A stretch of DNA of 64,000 nucleotides from an uncultured Actinomycetes bacterium (GTDB taxonomy: Bacteria > Actinomycetota > UBA4738 > HRBIN12). The stretch spans positions 487,708 through 551,707 of the forward strand of contig CAVTGO010000013.1 in the NCBI GenBank assembly GCA_963734275.1, given 5' to 3'. The notes beneath the pieces were generated by a model. It searched no databases. It was not told where the DNA came from and saw only the letters and a list, made by a program, of their open reading frames with translations. Below, one piece after another: positions 46,993 through 56,130 of the stretch; the first letter of the stretch is position 1, and the number at the start of each line of letters is the position of its first letter. The position numbers and the translations under genes were made by a program.

Positions 46993-47077
46993 AGGTGGAT
47001 CAACTCCTTGATTGGCGAATCAACTAACCGGATTCTGCCCGATTCGGCGCCCAAAGGGCGGATCGGCTGATCTGGGC

Positions 47078-47614
47078 TCAGCCGGTGCTGCCGGGCCGGC
47101 GGGGTACGAGCACGGCGCGCTTGAAGGTCGCCACGAGCTCGTTGCGCTGGTTGTAGACGTCGGTTTTGACCTTCACGATGCCGCGGTCGGGCTTGGACTG
47201 CGAAGGCCTGACCTCGAGCACCTCTGACTGGGCGTACAGGGTGTCGCCGTGGAACACCGGGGCCGGGTGGCTGAGCTCCTCGGTCGCGAGATTCGCGATC
47301 GCCTTGCCCGAGACGTCGGCCACGGACATGCCGAGCGCAAGCGAGTAGACCAGCGGCCCCACCACCACGTTCCTGCCCTGCTGAGACTGCCGTGCGTATT
47401 CGTCATTGAGGTGCAGCGGGTGGTGGTTCATCGTGATCAGGCAGAACAGATGATCGTCCGCCTCGGTCACGGTCTTCGCGGGCCAGTGCTTGTAGGTCGC
47501 GCCCTCCTCGAAGTCCTCCAGATACCGCCCATAGGGACGAGCGCCGCTCGCCTCACGGGAGGCCTGGTCGAAGGTCGTCCCCTGCTTCTCCGTTTCCTGG
47601 TCAGTCGTCGCCAA
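47078..47614 (-). CDS. MaoC-like (R)-specific enoyl-CoA hydratase (single hotdog domain)
   Basis: ORF 47078..47614. 'VTEADDHLFCLITMNHHPLHLNDEYA...GRNVVVGPLV' is the MaoC dehydratase pattern. Confidence 0.85.
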   Translation of the reverse strand: MATTDQETEKQGTTFDQASREASGARPYGRYLEDFEEGATYKHWPAKTVTEADDHLFCLITMNHHPLHLNDEYARQSQQGRNVVVGPLVYSLALGMSVADVSGKAIANLATEELSHPAPVFHGDTLYAQSEVLEVRPSQSKPDRGIVKVKTDVYNQRNELVATFKRAVLVPRRPGSTG

Positions 47615-47619
47615 ACCGC

Positions 47620-48009
47620 CTACAACCTCCGTTTCTTCGTCTTCTCGCGCGCCTCGTGTCGCTCGATGACTCTACCGACCAGCTTGATGATCTCGTCCTG
47701 GCCGGTCACCCGGACGTAGCCGTTCTCATAGGCGTCACGCCAATGCTGGAGGCGCCCGTCCCGGGCGAGCTCGTTGAAATGCGAGCGCGGCGCGAGCACC
47801 GTCACCTTCGCGTCCGCTCCGGGGTCACGCTTCACGTCGATATCAGGCAGCTGGACCCGCCAGGTCTGCGAGTCGCGGCGTGCGCGCAGGTCCAGCCTGA
47901 TGACCAGTTTCAGCTGCTTCAGCGCAGGCACTTCCTCCAGGAAGCGCATCGCGCCCAGTTCGATCAGCTCTTTGGTGCCCTCCGCCAAGTGTGGCGGAAG
48001 CGTATCCAA
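47620..48009 (-). CDS. SCP2-like small protein
   Basis: ORF 47620..48009 is packed between the ACAD and MaoC genes (gaps of 14 and 5 nt). The pattern is loosely SCP2/sterol-carrier-like. Weak family call. Confidence 0.55.
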   Translation of the reverse strand: MDTLPPHLAEGTKELIELGAMRFLEEVPALKQLKLVIRLDLRARRDSQTWRVQLPDIDVKRDPGADAKVTVLAPRSHFNELARDGRLQHWRDAYENGYVRVTGQDEIIKLVGRVIERHEAREKTKKRRL

Positions 48010-48023
48010 GCGCGGACAAGCGC

Positions 48024-49232
48024 CTAGATCTTGTGTCGCTCCAGCAGCTTCTTGCCGATCACCATGCGCTGGATCTCGCTGGTGCCCTCTCCGATCAGAA
48101 GCAGTGGCGCGTCGCGATACAGGCGCTCGATCTCGTACTCCTTCGAGTAGCCGTAGCCGCCGTGGATGCGAAACGAGTCCTCCACGACCTCCTTGCCGGC
48201 CTCCGACGCGTAGAGCTTCGCCATCCCGGCCTCGACGTCCGAGCGCTGGCCGGCGTCCTTCATGCGCGCGGCCTTGAAGGTCAGAAGACGCGCGGCCTCG
48301 ACCTTGGTCGCCATGTCGGCGAGCTTGAACTGGATCGCCTGGTGCTGGGCGATCGGCTTGCCGAAGGTCTTGCGCTCCTGCGAGTAGCGGAGCGCCAGCT
48401 CGAGCGCCCGCTGCGCGATCCCCACGCCGCGCGCTGCCACGTTCACGCGCCCGACCTCGAGTGCATCCATCATCTGGCGGAAGCCCTGGCCGAGACCGGC
48501 CTCCTCGCCGCCGAGAATCCGGTCGGGGGAGCAGCGGTAGCCGTCGTAGACGAGCTCGGTGGACTCGACGCCCTTGTAGCCCATCTTCTTGATCTTGGGC
48601 GGGATCACGAGGCCGGCGTAGTCACCGGTGTTCTCCTCCACCCCGGGCTCCTTCTCCGTGATGAAGCAGGTCATGCCCTTGTAGGGCGGGTCGGCCTTCG
48701 GGTCGTTCTTCATCAGCACGAACACGACTCCCGACAGGAGGCCGTTGGTGACCCACATCTTCTGGCCGTTCAGGACCCAGGCGTCGCCCTCCTTGGTGGC
48801 GGTCGCCTTGATGCCCTGGACGTCGGAGCCCACCTCGGGCTCGGACAGCGAGAAGGCCGCGCGCAGCTCGCCCGTCGCCATCCTCGGCAGGAAGTGCTGC
48901 TTCTGCTCGTCGGTGCCGAACTTCATCAGCAGGTAGGAGCCGATGAAATGGGTGTTCACGACGCCCGAGATCGAGATCCAGCCGCGGGAGAGCTCCTCCA
49001 CGATCATCGCGTAGGTGGTGAGGTCGAGGCCCATCCCGCCGTACTCCTCGGGGATCGTGACCCCGAACAGCCCGAGCTCCTTCATCTGCTCCACGATCGG
49101 CCCCGGGAACGAGTCCTCGTGGTCGTAGTGCTCGGCGTTGGGGATGATCTGCTCGTCGACGAACTGCCGGACCATCTCGGTGATCGCGCGCTGCTCGTCG
49201 GTCTTCTCCAGAAGCTCTGTGGCTACGGCCAT
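48024..49232 (-). CDS. acyl-CoA dehydrogenase
   Basis: ORF 48024..49232. 'AAFSLSEPEVGSDV','MWVTNG' and 'RIHGGYGYSKEYEIERLYRDAPLLLIGEGTSEIQ'. Confidence 0.9.
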   Translation of the reverse strand: MAVATELLEKTDEQRAITEMVRQFVDEQIIPNAEHYDHEDSFPGPIVEQMKELGLFGVTIPEEYGGMGLDLTTYAMIVEELSRGWISISGVVNTHFIGSYLLMKFGTDEQKQHFLPRMATGELRAAFSLSEPEVGSDVQGIKATATKEGDAWVLNGQKMWVTNGLLSGVVFVLMKNDPKADPPYKGMTCFITEKEPGVEENTGDYAGLVIPPKIKKMGYKGVESTELVYDGYRCSPDRILGGEEAGLGQGFRQMMDALEVGRVNVAARGVGIAQRALELALRYSQERKTFGKPIAQHQAIQFKLADMATKVEAARLLTFKAARMKDAGQRSDVEAGMAKLYASEAGKEVVEDSFRIHGGYGYSKEYEIERLYRDAPLLLIGEGTSEIQRMVIGKKLLERHKI

Positions 49233-49420
49233 CGGCGTTGACTCCCTAATCGGTTTCGAGGCGAAGGATAACGGCGCCGGGGCGGCGCTCCAGGTCAGCC
49301 AGCGTCTTTCCGAGCGCGAGCCCGTAGCTCACGTTGATCGCGGCGAACACAGCGATTTGGAGTCCCACCCGAGGGGCATGTGATCGGCTCGAAGGGACCG
49401 CGCCTGTAGATTTCGGAGCA

Positions 49421-50473
49421 ATGCGAAGCCCCCGCGACTTCTTGAAGCCCCTGGCGATCGGTGCTCCCGACCCGGTCACGGAGATCCCGTTCCCGCCCTC
49501 GCGGATGATCCACTTCTTCGACGCATCCAACGAGAAGATGGCGGCGAAGGTGCCCGACATGGCCAAGCAGGCGGACATCCTGCTGGGCAATCTCGAGGAC
49601 GCGATCCCGGCCGACCGCAAGGAGGCGGCCCGGGAGGGACTGATCCGTGTCGGCAAGGAGGTCGACTTCGGCGATACCCAGCTGTGGACCCGTGTCAACA
49701 GCCTCGAAAGCCCTTGGGTGCTCGACGACATCACCCAGCTCGTCACGGAGATCGGGGACAAGCTCAGCGTCATCATGGTTCCCAAGGTCGAGGGGCCTTG
49801 GGACATCCACTACGTGGACCGCCTGCTCGCGCAGCTGGAGGCCAAGATCGGCCTCGACGAGCCCTTGCTGGTGCACGCGATCCTCGAGACCTCACAGGGA
49901 GTCGTGAACCTGGAGGAGATCGCGACCGCGAGCCCTCGCATGCAGGGCATGAGCTTCGGCCCCGCGGACCTGGCGGCCTCGCGCCGCATGAAGACCACGC
50001 GCGTCGGCGGCGGCCACCCGGGGTACCGCGTGATCGAGGACCCGGATCCGGATGACCCGGACAAGCCGCGCGCCACTGCCCAGCAGGACCCCTGGCACTA
50101 CTCGATCGCGCGCATGGTGGACGCCTGCACCTCCGCCGGGATCCTGCCCTTCTACGGGCCCTACGGCGACATCAAGGACGTGCAGGGATGCGAGACCCAG
50201 TTCCGGGCGGCGTTCCTGCTCGGCTGCGTGGGCGCATGGTCGCTGCACCCGGTCCAGATCGAGATCGCCAAGAAGGTCTTCTCGCCCCCGCCGGACGAGG
50301 TGAAGTTCGCAAAGAAGGTGCTCGAGGCGATCCCCGACGGCCGGGGCGTGCACATGATCGACGGCAAGATGCAGGACGACGCCACGTGGAAGCAATGCAA
50401 GGTGATGGTGTCGCTCGCCGAGATGCTGGCCCGGAAGGACCCCGAGCTCGCGAAGGCCTACGAGCTGAACTAG
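49421..50473 (+). CDS. mcl: HpcH/CitE-family acyl-CoA lyase, Mcl-like (malyl-/methylmalyl-/citramalyl-CoA lyase type)
   Basis: ATG 49421 lies in ORF 49334..50473. '[10 protein letters not shown]','[10 protein letters not shown]','[14 protein letters not shown]','[23 protein letters not shown]' and '[16 protein letters not shown]' closely follow my recollection of Chloroflexus-type Mcl. Confidence 0.85.
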   Translation: MRSPRDFLKPLAIGAPDPVTEIPFPPSRMIHFFDASNEKMAAKVPDMAKQADILLGNLEDAIPADRKEAAREGLIRVGKEVDFGDTQLWTRVNSLESPWVLDDITQLVTEIGDKLSVIMVPKVEGPWDIHYVDRLLAQLEAKIGLDEPLLVHAILETSQGVVNLEEIATASPRMQGMSFGPADLAASRRMKTTRVGGGHPGYRVIEDPDPDDPDKPRATAQQDPWHYSIARMVDACTSAGILPFYGPYGDIKDVQGCETQFRAAFLLGCVGAWSLHPVQIEIAKKVFSPPPDEVKFAKKVLEAIPDGRGVHMIDGKMQDDATWKQCKVMVSLAEMLARKDPELAKAYELN

Positions 50474-50521
50474 CGGTCAGGCGAGCGCTACTCCAGCCCT
50501 CCCAGCGTGTTGAAGGGAGCC

Positions 50522-51778
50522 ATGAGCACACTCCGTCTCAGTTCTATCGCCCTCGCCGCGGCGGCGCTCGTGGCGCCTGCCGCCGAGGCTCGCCCGTGGA
50601 GCGTCGACAAGGTCGCGACGCCGGGCCCGTCTCTCAGCCGCGGGGTCGACGTGCTGCCGAACGGGCGTGCGGTCGTGCTCCTGCAGCGCCGCGCCGGCGG
50701 TCAGAACCGGCTCGAGCTGAGGATCGGCCGCACCACGCGGATGCTCGACGGGACGGCTCGTTCCTTTCTCTCGACCGACATCCAGCACGACAGGCGCGGC
50801 AGGCTGGCGGTGGTGTGGCGACGCATCGTCGACGGCCAGATCCAGGCCTTCGCCTGGACGGCGCGCGGCGGCAGGCAGCAGGTGAGCGCCGAGCGCCAGA
50901 GCGTGGGCCACGTTTCCCTCTCCATCGCCCCCAACGGCCGCGCGGCGCTTGCGTACAGCTCACCGGTTGGAGTCTTCCTCGCGCGCGGTGCCTCGGGCGC
51001 CGGGTTCGGCGCCCCCACGGCGATTGGCGCTGGGACACCCACTTTGCTGCCCGACGTCGCGGTCTCGAGCGGCGAGCGCGTGGTGGTGGCCTGGAGCGAC
51101 GGCAAGAGGGTCCTCGTCCGGGTGGCGAGGCAGGGCGTGCTCGGCGTCACGTACGTGGTGAGCCTGAGACCCGCTGCGGCGGGCAACACGCTGGTTCCCG
51201 GCGTGCCGCGGGTGGTCATCACGAGTGGCGGTCGAGCCGTGGTGGCGGTTTCGTCATCGGAGCTCCGGGGCCCCTCCCCGGCGCCCGGTGCGACGCCCGT
51301 CGTCGCCGATCGGCGCGTCGAGGCGTTCGACTGGCCGCGCGCTGCGCCGCGCCCGAGTGCCGTCGCGACGCTTTCGCGGGGAGCCGCGGCCGGAGATGCC
51401 GAGATCGTCGCTCACGGACAATCAGCGGTGATCGCCTGGACGCAGCGTCCGCAGGGCGCCCCACGCTCCCTCTGGACGACCCGCTGGACACGGGCCGGCC
51501 TGCAGCGGCCGAACGTCTACGACACCCGCATGCTGGATCTGCCGGTCGTGCTGACCCCCGCGCCACGCGGTGCCGTGGATGCCTACTACAGCACCGCTCA
51601 GCGATGGTTCACGGTGCGCCTGAGCGCAGCCGGCCTCTATCGCGGCACGTCCACCGTGACCGGCCCCGGTACGCAGGTCCCGCTCATCGACGCCGCGGCC
51701 GCCGGACCCCATGCCGCGGCCAGCTGGACCGTGGGCGGCCCCGGGACCTATGTCCAGCTCGCGCGCCCGGCGCGCTGA
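50522..51778 (+). CDS. secreted protein of unknown function
   Basis: ATG 50522 (GAAGGGAG upstream) lies in ORF 50507..51778. Signal peptide 'LSSIALAAAALVAPAAEA'. Repetitive beta-like segments ('RAVVLL','RLAVVW','RAALAY','RVVVAW','RAVVAV','SAVIAW'). Confidence 0.6.
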   Translation: MSTLRLSSIALAAAALVAPAAEARPWSVDKVATPGPSLSRGVDVLPNGRAVVLLQRRAGGQNRLELRIGRTTRMLDGTARSFLSTDIQHDRRGRLAVVWRRIVDGQIQAFAWTARGGRQQVSAERQSVGHVSLSIAPNGRAALAYSSPVGVFLARGASGAGFGAPTAIGAGTPTLLPDVAVSSGERVVVAWSDGKRVLVRVARQGVLGVTYVVSLRPAAAGNTLVPGVPRVVITSGGRAVVAVSSSELRGPSPAPGATPVVADRRVEAFDWPRAAPRPSAVATLSRGAAAGDAEIVAHGQSAVIAWTQRPQGAPRSLWTTRWTRAGLQRPNVYDTRMLDLPVVLTPAPRGAVDAYYSTAQRWFTVRLSAAGLYRGTSTVTGPGTQVPLIDAAAAGPHAAASWTVGGPGTYVQLARPAR

Positions 51779-51873
51779 GCGGCTCGAACACCCGTCCGCG
51801 GAAGGCAACTCCCGGTTTGCACGCCGGGTTGCAGCGTTAGGAGGCATCCGCACTCCGGACGAGGGCAAGACCA

Positions 51874-52842
51874 ATGCGGCAATTCCCAGGGAAGGGAGCT
51901 CAGTTGCGCTTCTCACGTTCGACCTTCGCGTTTGCACTAGTAGCCATCGTGGCCTTTGCGGCAGCGGCGCCGGCAGCAGCACCGGCGGCCGTCCCTCACA
52001 CGGTCCAGCCGGGCGAGACCTTGTGGTCGATCGCAGCGGCCAACAACTTCACGACGCGCGCCCTGGCGGCCTACAACGGCTTGTCCGAGGAAGCCCAGGT
52101 CGTCCTCGGGAGCACGATCCAGATCCCGTCGGAGCTCGAGGCGGCGTCCGCGCTCGGGACTGCACCGGTGGCCGACCCCGCCCCGGCAGCGACGGCGACA
52201 GGAACTGCCGCGCCCCCGCCGGCCGGCGGCTACACCGTGCGCCCGGGAGACACCCTCTCCGGGATCGCCGCCAGCAGCGGCGTGACCGTGGGACAGCTGG
52301 CCTGGATGAACGGGCTCGACCCCGCGCAGGTGCTGCAGGTCGGCACCGCCCTGAAGCTGCCCACGGGAGCTGCGGCCGCGGCGCCGAGCGCCTCGCAGCC
52401 GGCGCCCTCGACCGTCCCGCAGGCGGCGCCCAACCCGACTCCGACACAGATGACGTCGGCCGAGGTGGGGCAGATCGCCTCGCAGCACGGGGTCTCCCCC
52501 TCGCTCGCGGCGGCGGTGGCCTGGCAGGAGAGCGGGTTCAACAACAACGTCGTCTCGACGGCAAATGCGCGCGGCGTGATGCAGGTGCTGCCCGGGACCT
52601 GGACCTGGGTCGAGCAGAACCTCGCCGGACAGCGCCTCGACCCCAACTCCGCCTACGACAACGTCAGCGCGGGCAGCATGTACCTGGCCCAGCTCCTCCG
52701 GGACGCCGGCGGCGACGAGACGGTCGCGGTCGCGTCCTATTACCAGGGGCTTGGCTCGGTCCGGTCCGTCGGGTTGCTGCCCGAGACTGAGCGTTACGTC
52801 GCGAACGTGATGGCGCTCCGCTCGCGCTTCGGAGGTCCTTGA
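51874..52842 (+). CDS. secreted LysM(x2)-lytic transglycosylase (SLT) protein
   Basis: ORF 51874..52842. Two LysM motifs ('HTVQPGETLWSIAA...','YTVRPGDTLSGIAA...'). SLT core 'AAVAWQESGFNNNVVSTANARGVMQV...MYL'. Confidence 0.8.
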   Translation: MRQFPGKGAQLRFSRSTFAFALVAIVAFAAAAPAAAPAAVPHTVQPGETLWSIAAANNFTTRALAAYNGLSEEAQVVLGSTIQIPSELEAASALGTAPVADPAPAATATGTAAPPPAGGYTVRPGDTLSGIAASSGVTVGQLAWMNGLDPAQVLQVGTALKLPTGAAAAAPSASQPAPSTVPQAAPNPTPTQMTSAEVGQIASQHGVSPSLAAAVAWQESGFNNNVVSTANARGVMQVLPGTWTWVEQNLAGQRLDPNSAYDNVSAGSMYLAQLLRDAGGDETVAVASYYQGLGSVRSVGLLPETERYVANVMALRSRFGGP

Positions 52843-53711
52843 TCCCGAGGTGGGTACGCGTCCGCCCGGGTATTGCCCTGCTGCTCGTCGCAGCGACGGC
52901 GATGCCCGGGACGGCGCGCGCCGCCGGCGACTCGGAGGTCGCGGCGCTGCAGGTCGCCCTCAAGGGAGTGGGGCTCTACGGGTCCACGATCGACGGGGTG
53001 AGGGGTCCGGGCACGGTCCGCGCGGTCAGCGCGTTTCAGGCCGCGCACCGGCTTACGGCTGACGGAGTCGCGGGAGCGGCGACGCGACGGGCCCTGGGTC
53101 GCCGCGGCGGGCCGGCGCTCGGCAGCCGCACCCTGCGCGTGGGCGCAAGCGGCTGGGACGTCGCCGCCCTGCAGTTCCGCCTCGCCTGGCGCGGCTTCCC
53201 ATCCGGGAAGTTCGACGGCGGCTACGGCGCCCGCACCGCGGCGGCGATCGCCCGTTTTCAGCTTTGGGCCGGCCTCGGGGCCGATGGGGTCGCGGGCCCG
53301 TCCACGATCGCGGCGCTCCGTGGCCCGATCAGGCGCTCGCCGATCTGGCTGCTGGCGCCCATAAACGCGCGCATCACCGACCGCTTCGGCCCGCGCGGCG
53401 ATGCGTTCCATCCCGGCGTCGACTACCCGGCGCCCTCGGGCACCTCCGTGCGCGCGGCCGGCCGCGGGAGCGTGACGTTCGCGGGCTGGGACAGCGGCGG
53501 CTACGGCAATCTCGTGGTGATCCTGCATCCACGCGGGGTGCGCTCGATGTACGCCCACCTCTCCCGCATCGGCGTGAGCACCGGCCAGGGCGTGGTCGCC
53601 GGAACGCCGGTCGGGGCCGTGGGGTCGACGGGCTTCTCGACCGGCCCCCACCTCCATTTCGAGCTCCGGATGGGGACGGCGGCGATCGACCCCCTCACCG
53701 CCCTGCGCTAG
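52839..53711 (+). CDS. secreted peptidoglycan-binding (x2) M23 metallopeptidase
   Basis: ORF 52839..53711 (TTG overlaps the upstream TGA). Two PG_binding_1-type repeats ('VAALQVALKGVGLYGSTIDGVRGPGT','VAALQFRLAWRGF...DGGYGART'). M23 motifs 'FHPGVD' and 'GSTGFSTGPHLHFE'. Confidence 0.85.
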   Translation: MIPRWVRVRPGIALLLVAATAMPGTARAAGDSEVAALQVALKGVGLYGSTIDGVRGPGTVRAVSAFQAAHRLTADGVAGAATRRALGRRGGPALGSRTLRVGASGWDVAALQFRLAWRGFPSGKFDGGYGARTAAAIARFQLWAGLGADGVAGPSTIAALRGPIRRSPIWLLAPINARITDRFGPRGDAFHPGVDYPAPSGTSVRAAGRGSVTFAGWDSGGYGNLVVILHPRGVRSMYAHLSRIGVSTGQGVVAGTPVGAVGSTGFSTGPHLHFELRMGTAAIDPLTALR

Positions 53712-53748
53712 CCGCCGATGCACCTTCGCTAGGGTTCCGTCCCCGAAT

Positions 53749-54966
53749 ATGAGGTTCTTCGAGTACGAGTCGCGCGAAATCGTGAAACGCGCGGGCATCC
53801 CGGTGACGAAATACGGCTTCGCGCGCACGGCTGAAGAGGCGCGCGACTTCGCCGAGGAGATCGGCGGCCCGGTGGTGGTCAAGTCTCAGGTGCTGACGGG
53901 CGGCCGCATGAAGGCCGGTGGCGTCAAGTTCGCCGACACGCCTCAGGAGGCGAGCGCTCACGCCGAGGAGATCCTCCAGCTGGAGATCAACGGCCACATG
54001 CCCAGGGGTGTGCTGGTGGATCCGAAGGCGCAGCTGAAGCAGGAGTACTACGCGGGCGTGGTGTGGGACGGGACCCGGAAGCGGCCCGTGATGCTCTTCA
54101 GCGACATGGGCGGCATCGACATCGAAGAGGTCGAAGCCCAGCATCCCGAGCACATCGGGCGTGGGCACCTGTCCAACCTGCTCGAGGTCCCCGACTTCCG
54201 CGCCAAGGAGGTCGTCGCCCAGACCGGTGTCACCGGACGCCAGCTCACGCGCATCACGCCGATCCTCTCGCGTCTCGCGCGGCTCTTCTCCGAGTACGAC
54301 ATGACGCTCGCCGAGATCAATCCGCTCGGTGAGTTGGAGGACGGGAGCTTCGTCGCCCTCGATGCGCACATGGAAATGGAGAACGAGGCGCGGCCCCGGC
54401 AGCGGGCGCTGCTCAAGGAGCTCGGAGTGGGAGACGAGGAGACCCGCGAGGCCCGTGAGGCGACGGACTTCGAGATCCGGGGCGAGCAGGTCGATGCCAT
54501 GGATCACCGCGGCGTGGCGGGCAACGTGACCGAGTTCGACGGCAACCTCGGCCTCGTGATCGGCGCCGGTGGCGGCTCGCTGACGCTGTTCGACGCGGTT
54601 CGCAAGTACGGCGGCAAGCCCGCCAACTACTGCGAGATCGGGGGCAACCCTTCGGTCGCAAAGGCGGCCGGCCTCGCCAAGCTGGTGCTCACCAAGCCGG
54701 GCGTCGACAAGATCGCGGTGATGATGAGCATCGTGTCCAACACGCGCGTCGACATCGTCGCGCGGGGCGTCGTGAAGGCATGCCTCGAGCTGGGCTTCGA
54801 CCCCGCCGAGAAGATCGCGATCTTCCGGATTCCCGGCGCGTGGGAGGACGAGGGCTTCAAGATCCTCGAGAAGTACGGCGTCGAGTACTGCGATCGCTCG
54901 GTGTCGATGCACGAGGCCGCGCGCCGGGCGGTCGAGAAGATCCAGGGGGCGGCGACCGCGGCATGA
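53749..54966 (+). CDS. SucC-like ATP-grasp subunit of an NDP-forming acyl-CoA ligase
   Basis: ORF 53749..54966. 'FFEYESREIVKRAGIPV','VVVKSQVLTGGR','AEINPL' and 'NLGLVIGAGGGSLTLFDAVRKYGGKPANYCEIGGNP'. It diverges from canonical SucC (which reads 'GNIGCMVNGAGLAM...ANFLDVGGG'). Confidence 0.85.
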   Translation: MRFFEYESREIVKRAGIPVTKYGFARTAEEARDFAEEIGGPVVVKSQVLTGGRMKAGGVKFADTPQEASAHAEEILQLEINGHMPRGVLVDPKAQLKQEYYAGVVWDGTRKRPVMLFSDMGGIDIEEVEAQHPEHIGRGHLSNLLEVPDFRAKEVVAQTGVTGRQLTRITPILSRLARLFSEYDMTLAEINPLGELEDGSFVALDAHMEMENEARPRQRALLKELGVGDEETREAREATDFEIRGEQVDAMDHRGVAGNVTEFDGNLGLVIGAGGGSLTLFDAVRKYGGKPANYCEIGGNPSVAKAAGLAKLVLTKPGVDKIAVMMSIVSNTRVDIVARGVVKACLELGFDPAEKIAIFRIPGAWEDEGFKILEKYGVEYCDRSVSMHEAARRAVEKIQGAATAA

Positions 54967-55886
54967 GCATCCTGATCGATCAGGACACGACCTTCATCGT
55001 CCAGGGCATCACGGGGCGCGAGGCCGTCAACCTCACCCGTGAGTGCCTGGACTACGGCAGCGGCGCCAAGGTCGTCGGGGGTGTCACGCCAGGGCGCAAG
55101 GGCCGCGACGTGCACGGCGTGCCGGTCTTCGACACGGTCGAGCAGGCCGTCGAGCATCACGGCGCCCCGATCAACGGCTCCGTGGTCACCGTCCCCCCCG
55201 CCTTCACCAAGGACGCGGTCTTCGAGGCGCTCGAGCACGGCATCGAGTTGATCGTGATCGTGACCGAGCGCATCCCCCGCCGGGACGTCGCGGAGATGGT
55301 CGAGCTGGCGAGCCGGAAGCAAGCGCGCATCATCGGCCCCAACTGCCTCGGCGTGATAGTGCCCGACGTGATCAAGATGGGCGGCATCGGGGGACCTGCC
55401 AAGGACGCGGCCAAGGCCTACACACCAGGACCGGTCGGTGTGATGTCGCGGAGCGGTGGCATGACCACGGAGATCTCGAGCACGCTCACAGCCGCCGGAC
55501 TGGGGCAGTCAAGCGCCGTGTCGATCGGCGGCGACGCGATCATCGGCTCCACATACACCGAGTTGATGCCGCTCTTCGAGGCCGACGAGCAGACCGAGGC
55601 GATCGTGATCTACACGGAGCCGGGCGGGCGCATGGAGGCCGAGCTCGCCAGGCACGTGACCGAGACCAACTCGCGTCTGCCGATCGTGGCATTCATGGCC
55701 GGGCGCTTCATGGACGAGATGCCGGGCATGAGCTTCGGCCACGCCGGCACGATCGTGGAGGGCAAGGCCGACACGGCGGCGGAGAAGATTGCGCGCCTGC
55801 AGGAAGCCGGCATCACGGTCGCCGAGGAGATCGCGGAGATCCCCGGTCTCGTGAAGGAGCGACTCGGATCGCAGGTGGCCACGTGA
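54963..55886 (+). CDS. SucD-like CoA-binding / phosphohistidine subunit
   Basis: ATG 54963 overlaps the upstream TGA (ATGA). 'VQGITGREA','GGVTPGRKG','IIGPNCLGV','SRSGGMTTE' and 'MSFGHAGTIV' (phosphohistidine loop). Confidence 0.85.
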   Translation: MSILIDQDTTFIVQGITGREAVNLTRECLDYGSGAKVVGGVTPGRKGRDVHGVPVFDTVEQAVEHHGAPINGSVVTVPPAFTKDAVFEALEHGIELIVIVTERIPRRDVAEMVELASRKQARIIGPNCLGVIVPDVIKMGGIGGPAKDAAKAYTPGPVGVMSRSGGMTTEISSTLTAAGLGQSSAVSIGGDAIIGSTYTELMPLFEADEQTEAIVIYTEPGGRMEAELARHVTETNSRLPIVAFMAGRFMDEMPGMSFGHAGTIVEGKADTAAEKIARLQEAGITVAEEIAEIPGLVKERLGSQVAT

Positions 55887-56125
55887 GCGCGGGCACCTCA
55901 TCGAAGTCGTTGTTCATCGACGTCGAGGTGGACGAGCAGTCAGCGCGCGACCCCGAGGTGGCGCAGAAGCTCGCCGAGGTCTGCCCGGTGGACATCTTCG
56001 CCCAGGCCGACGACGACTCGTTGAAGATCGTCGAGGGGAATCTCGACGAATGCGTGCTGTGCTACCTGTGCCTCGAAGCGGCGCCCGAGGGCACGGTGCG
56101 CGTGATCAAGCTGTACGAAAGCTGA
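55883..56125 (+). CDS. 80-aa four-cysteine ferredoxin-like mini-protein
   Basis: GTG 55883 overlaps the SucD-like TGA (GTGA). 'EVCPVDIF ... DECVLCYLCLE' is a CP motif followed 23 residues later by CxxCxxC. Frame of ORF 55043..56125. Confidence 0.6.
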   Translation: MSAGTSSKSLFIDVEVDEQSARDPEVAQKLAEVCPVDIFAQADDDSLKIVEGNLDECVLCYLCLEAAPEGTVRVIKLYES

Positions 56126-56130
56126 GCCGC

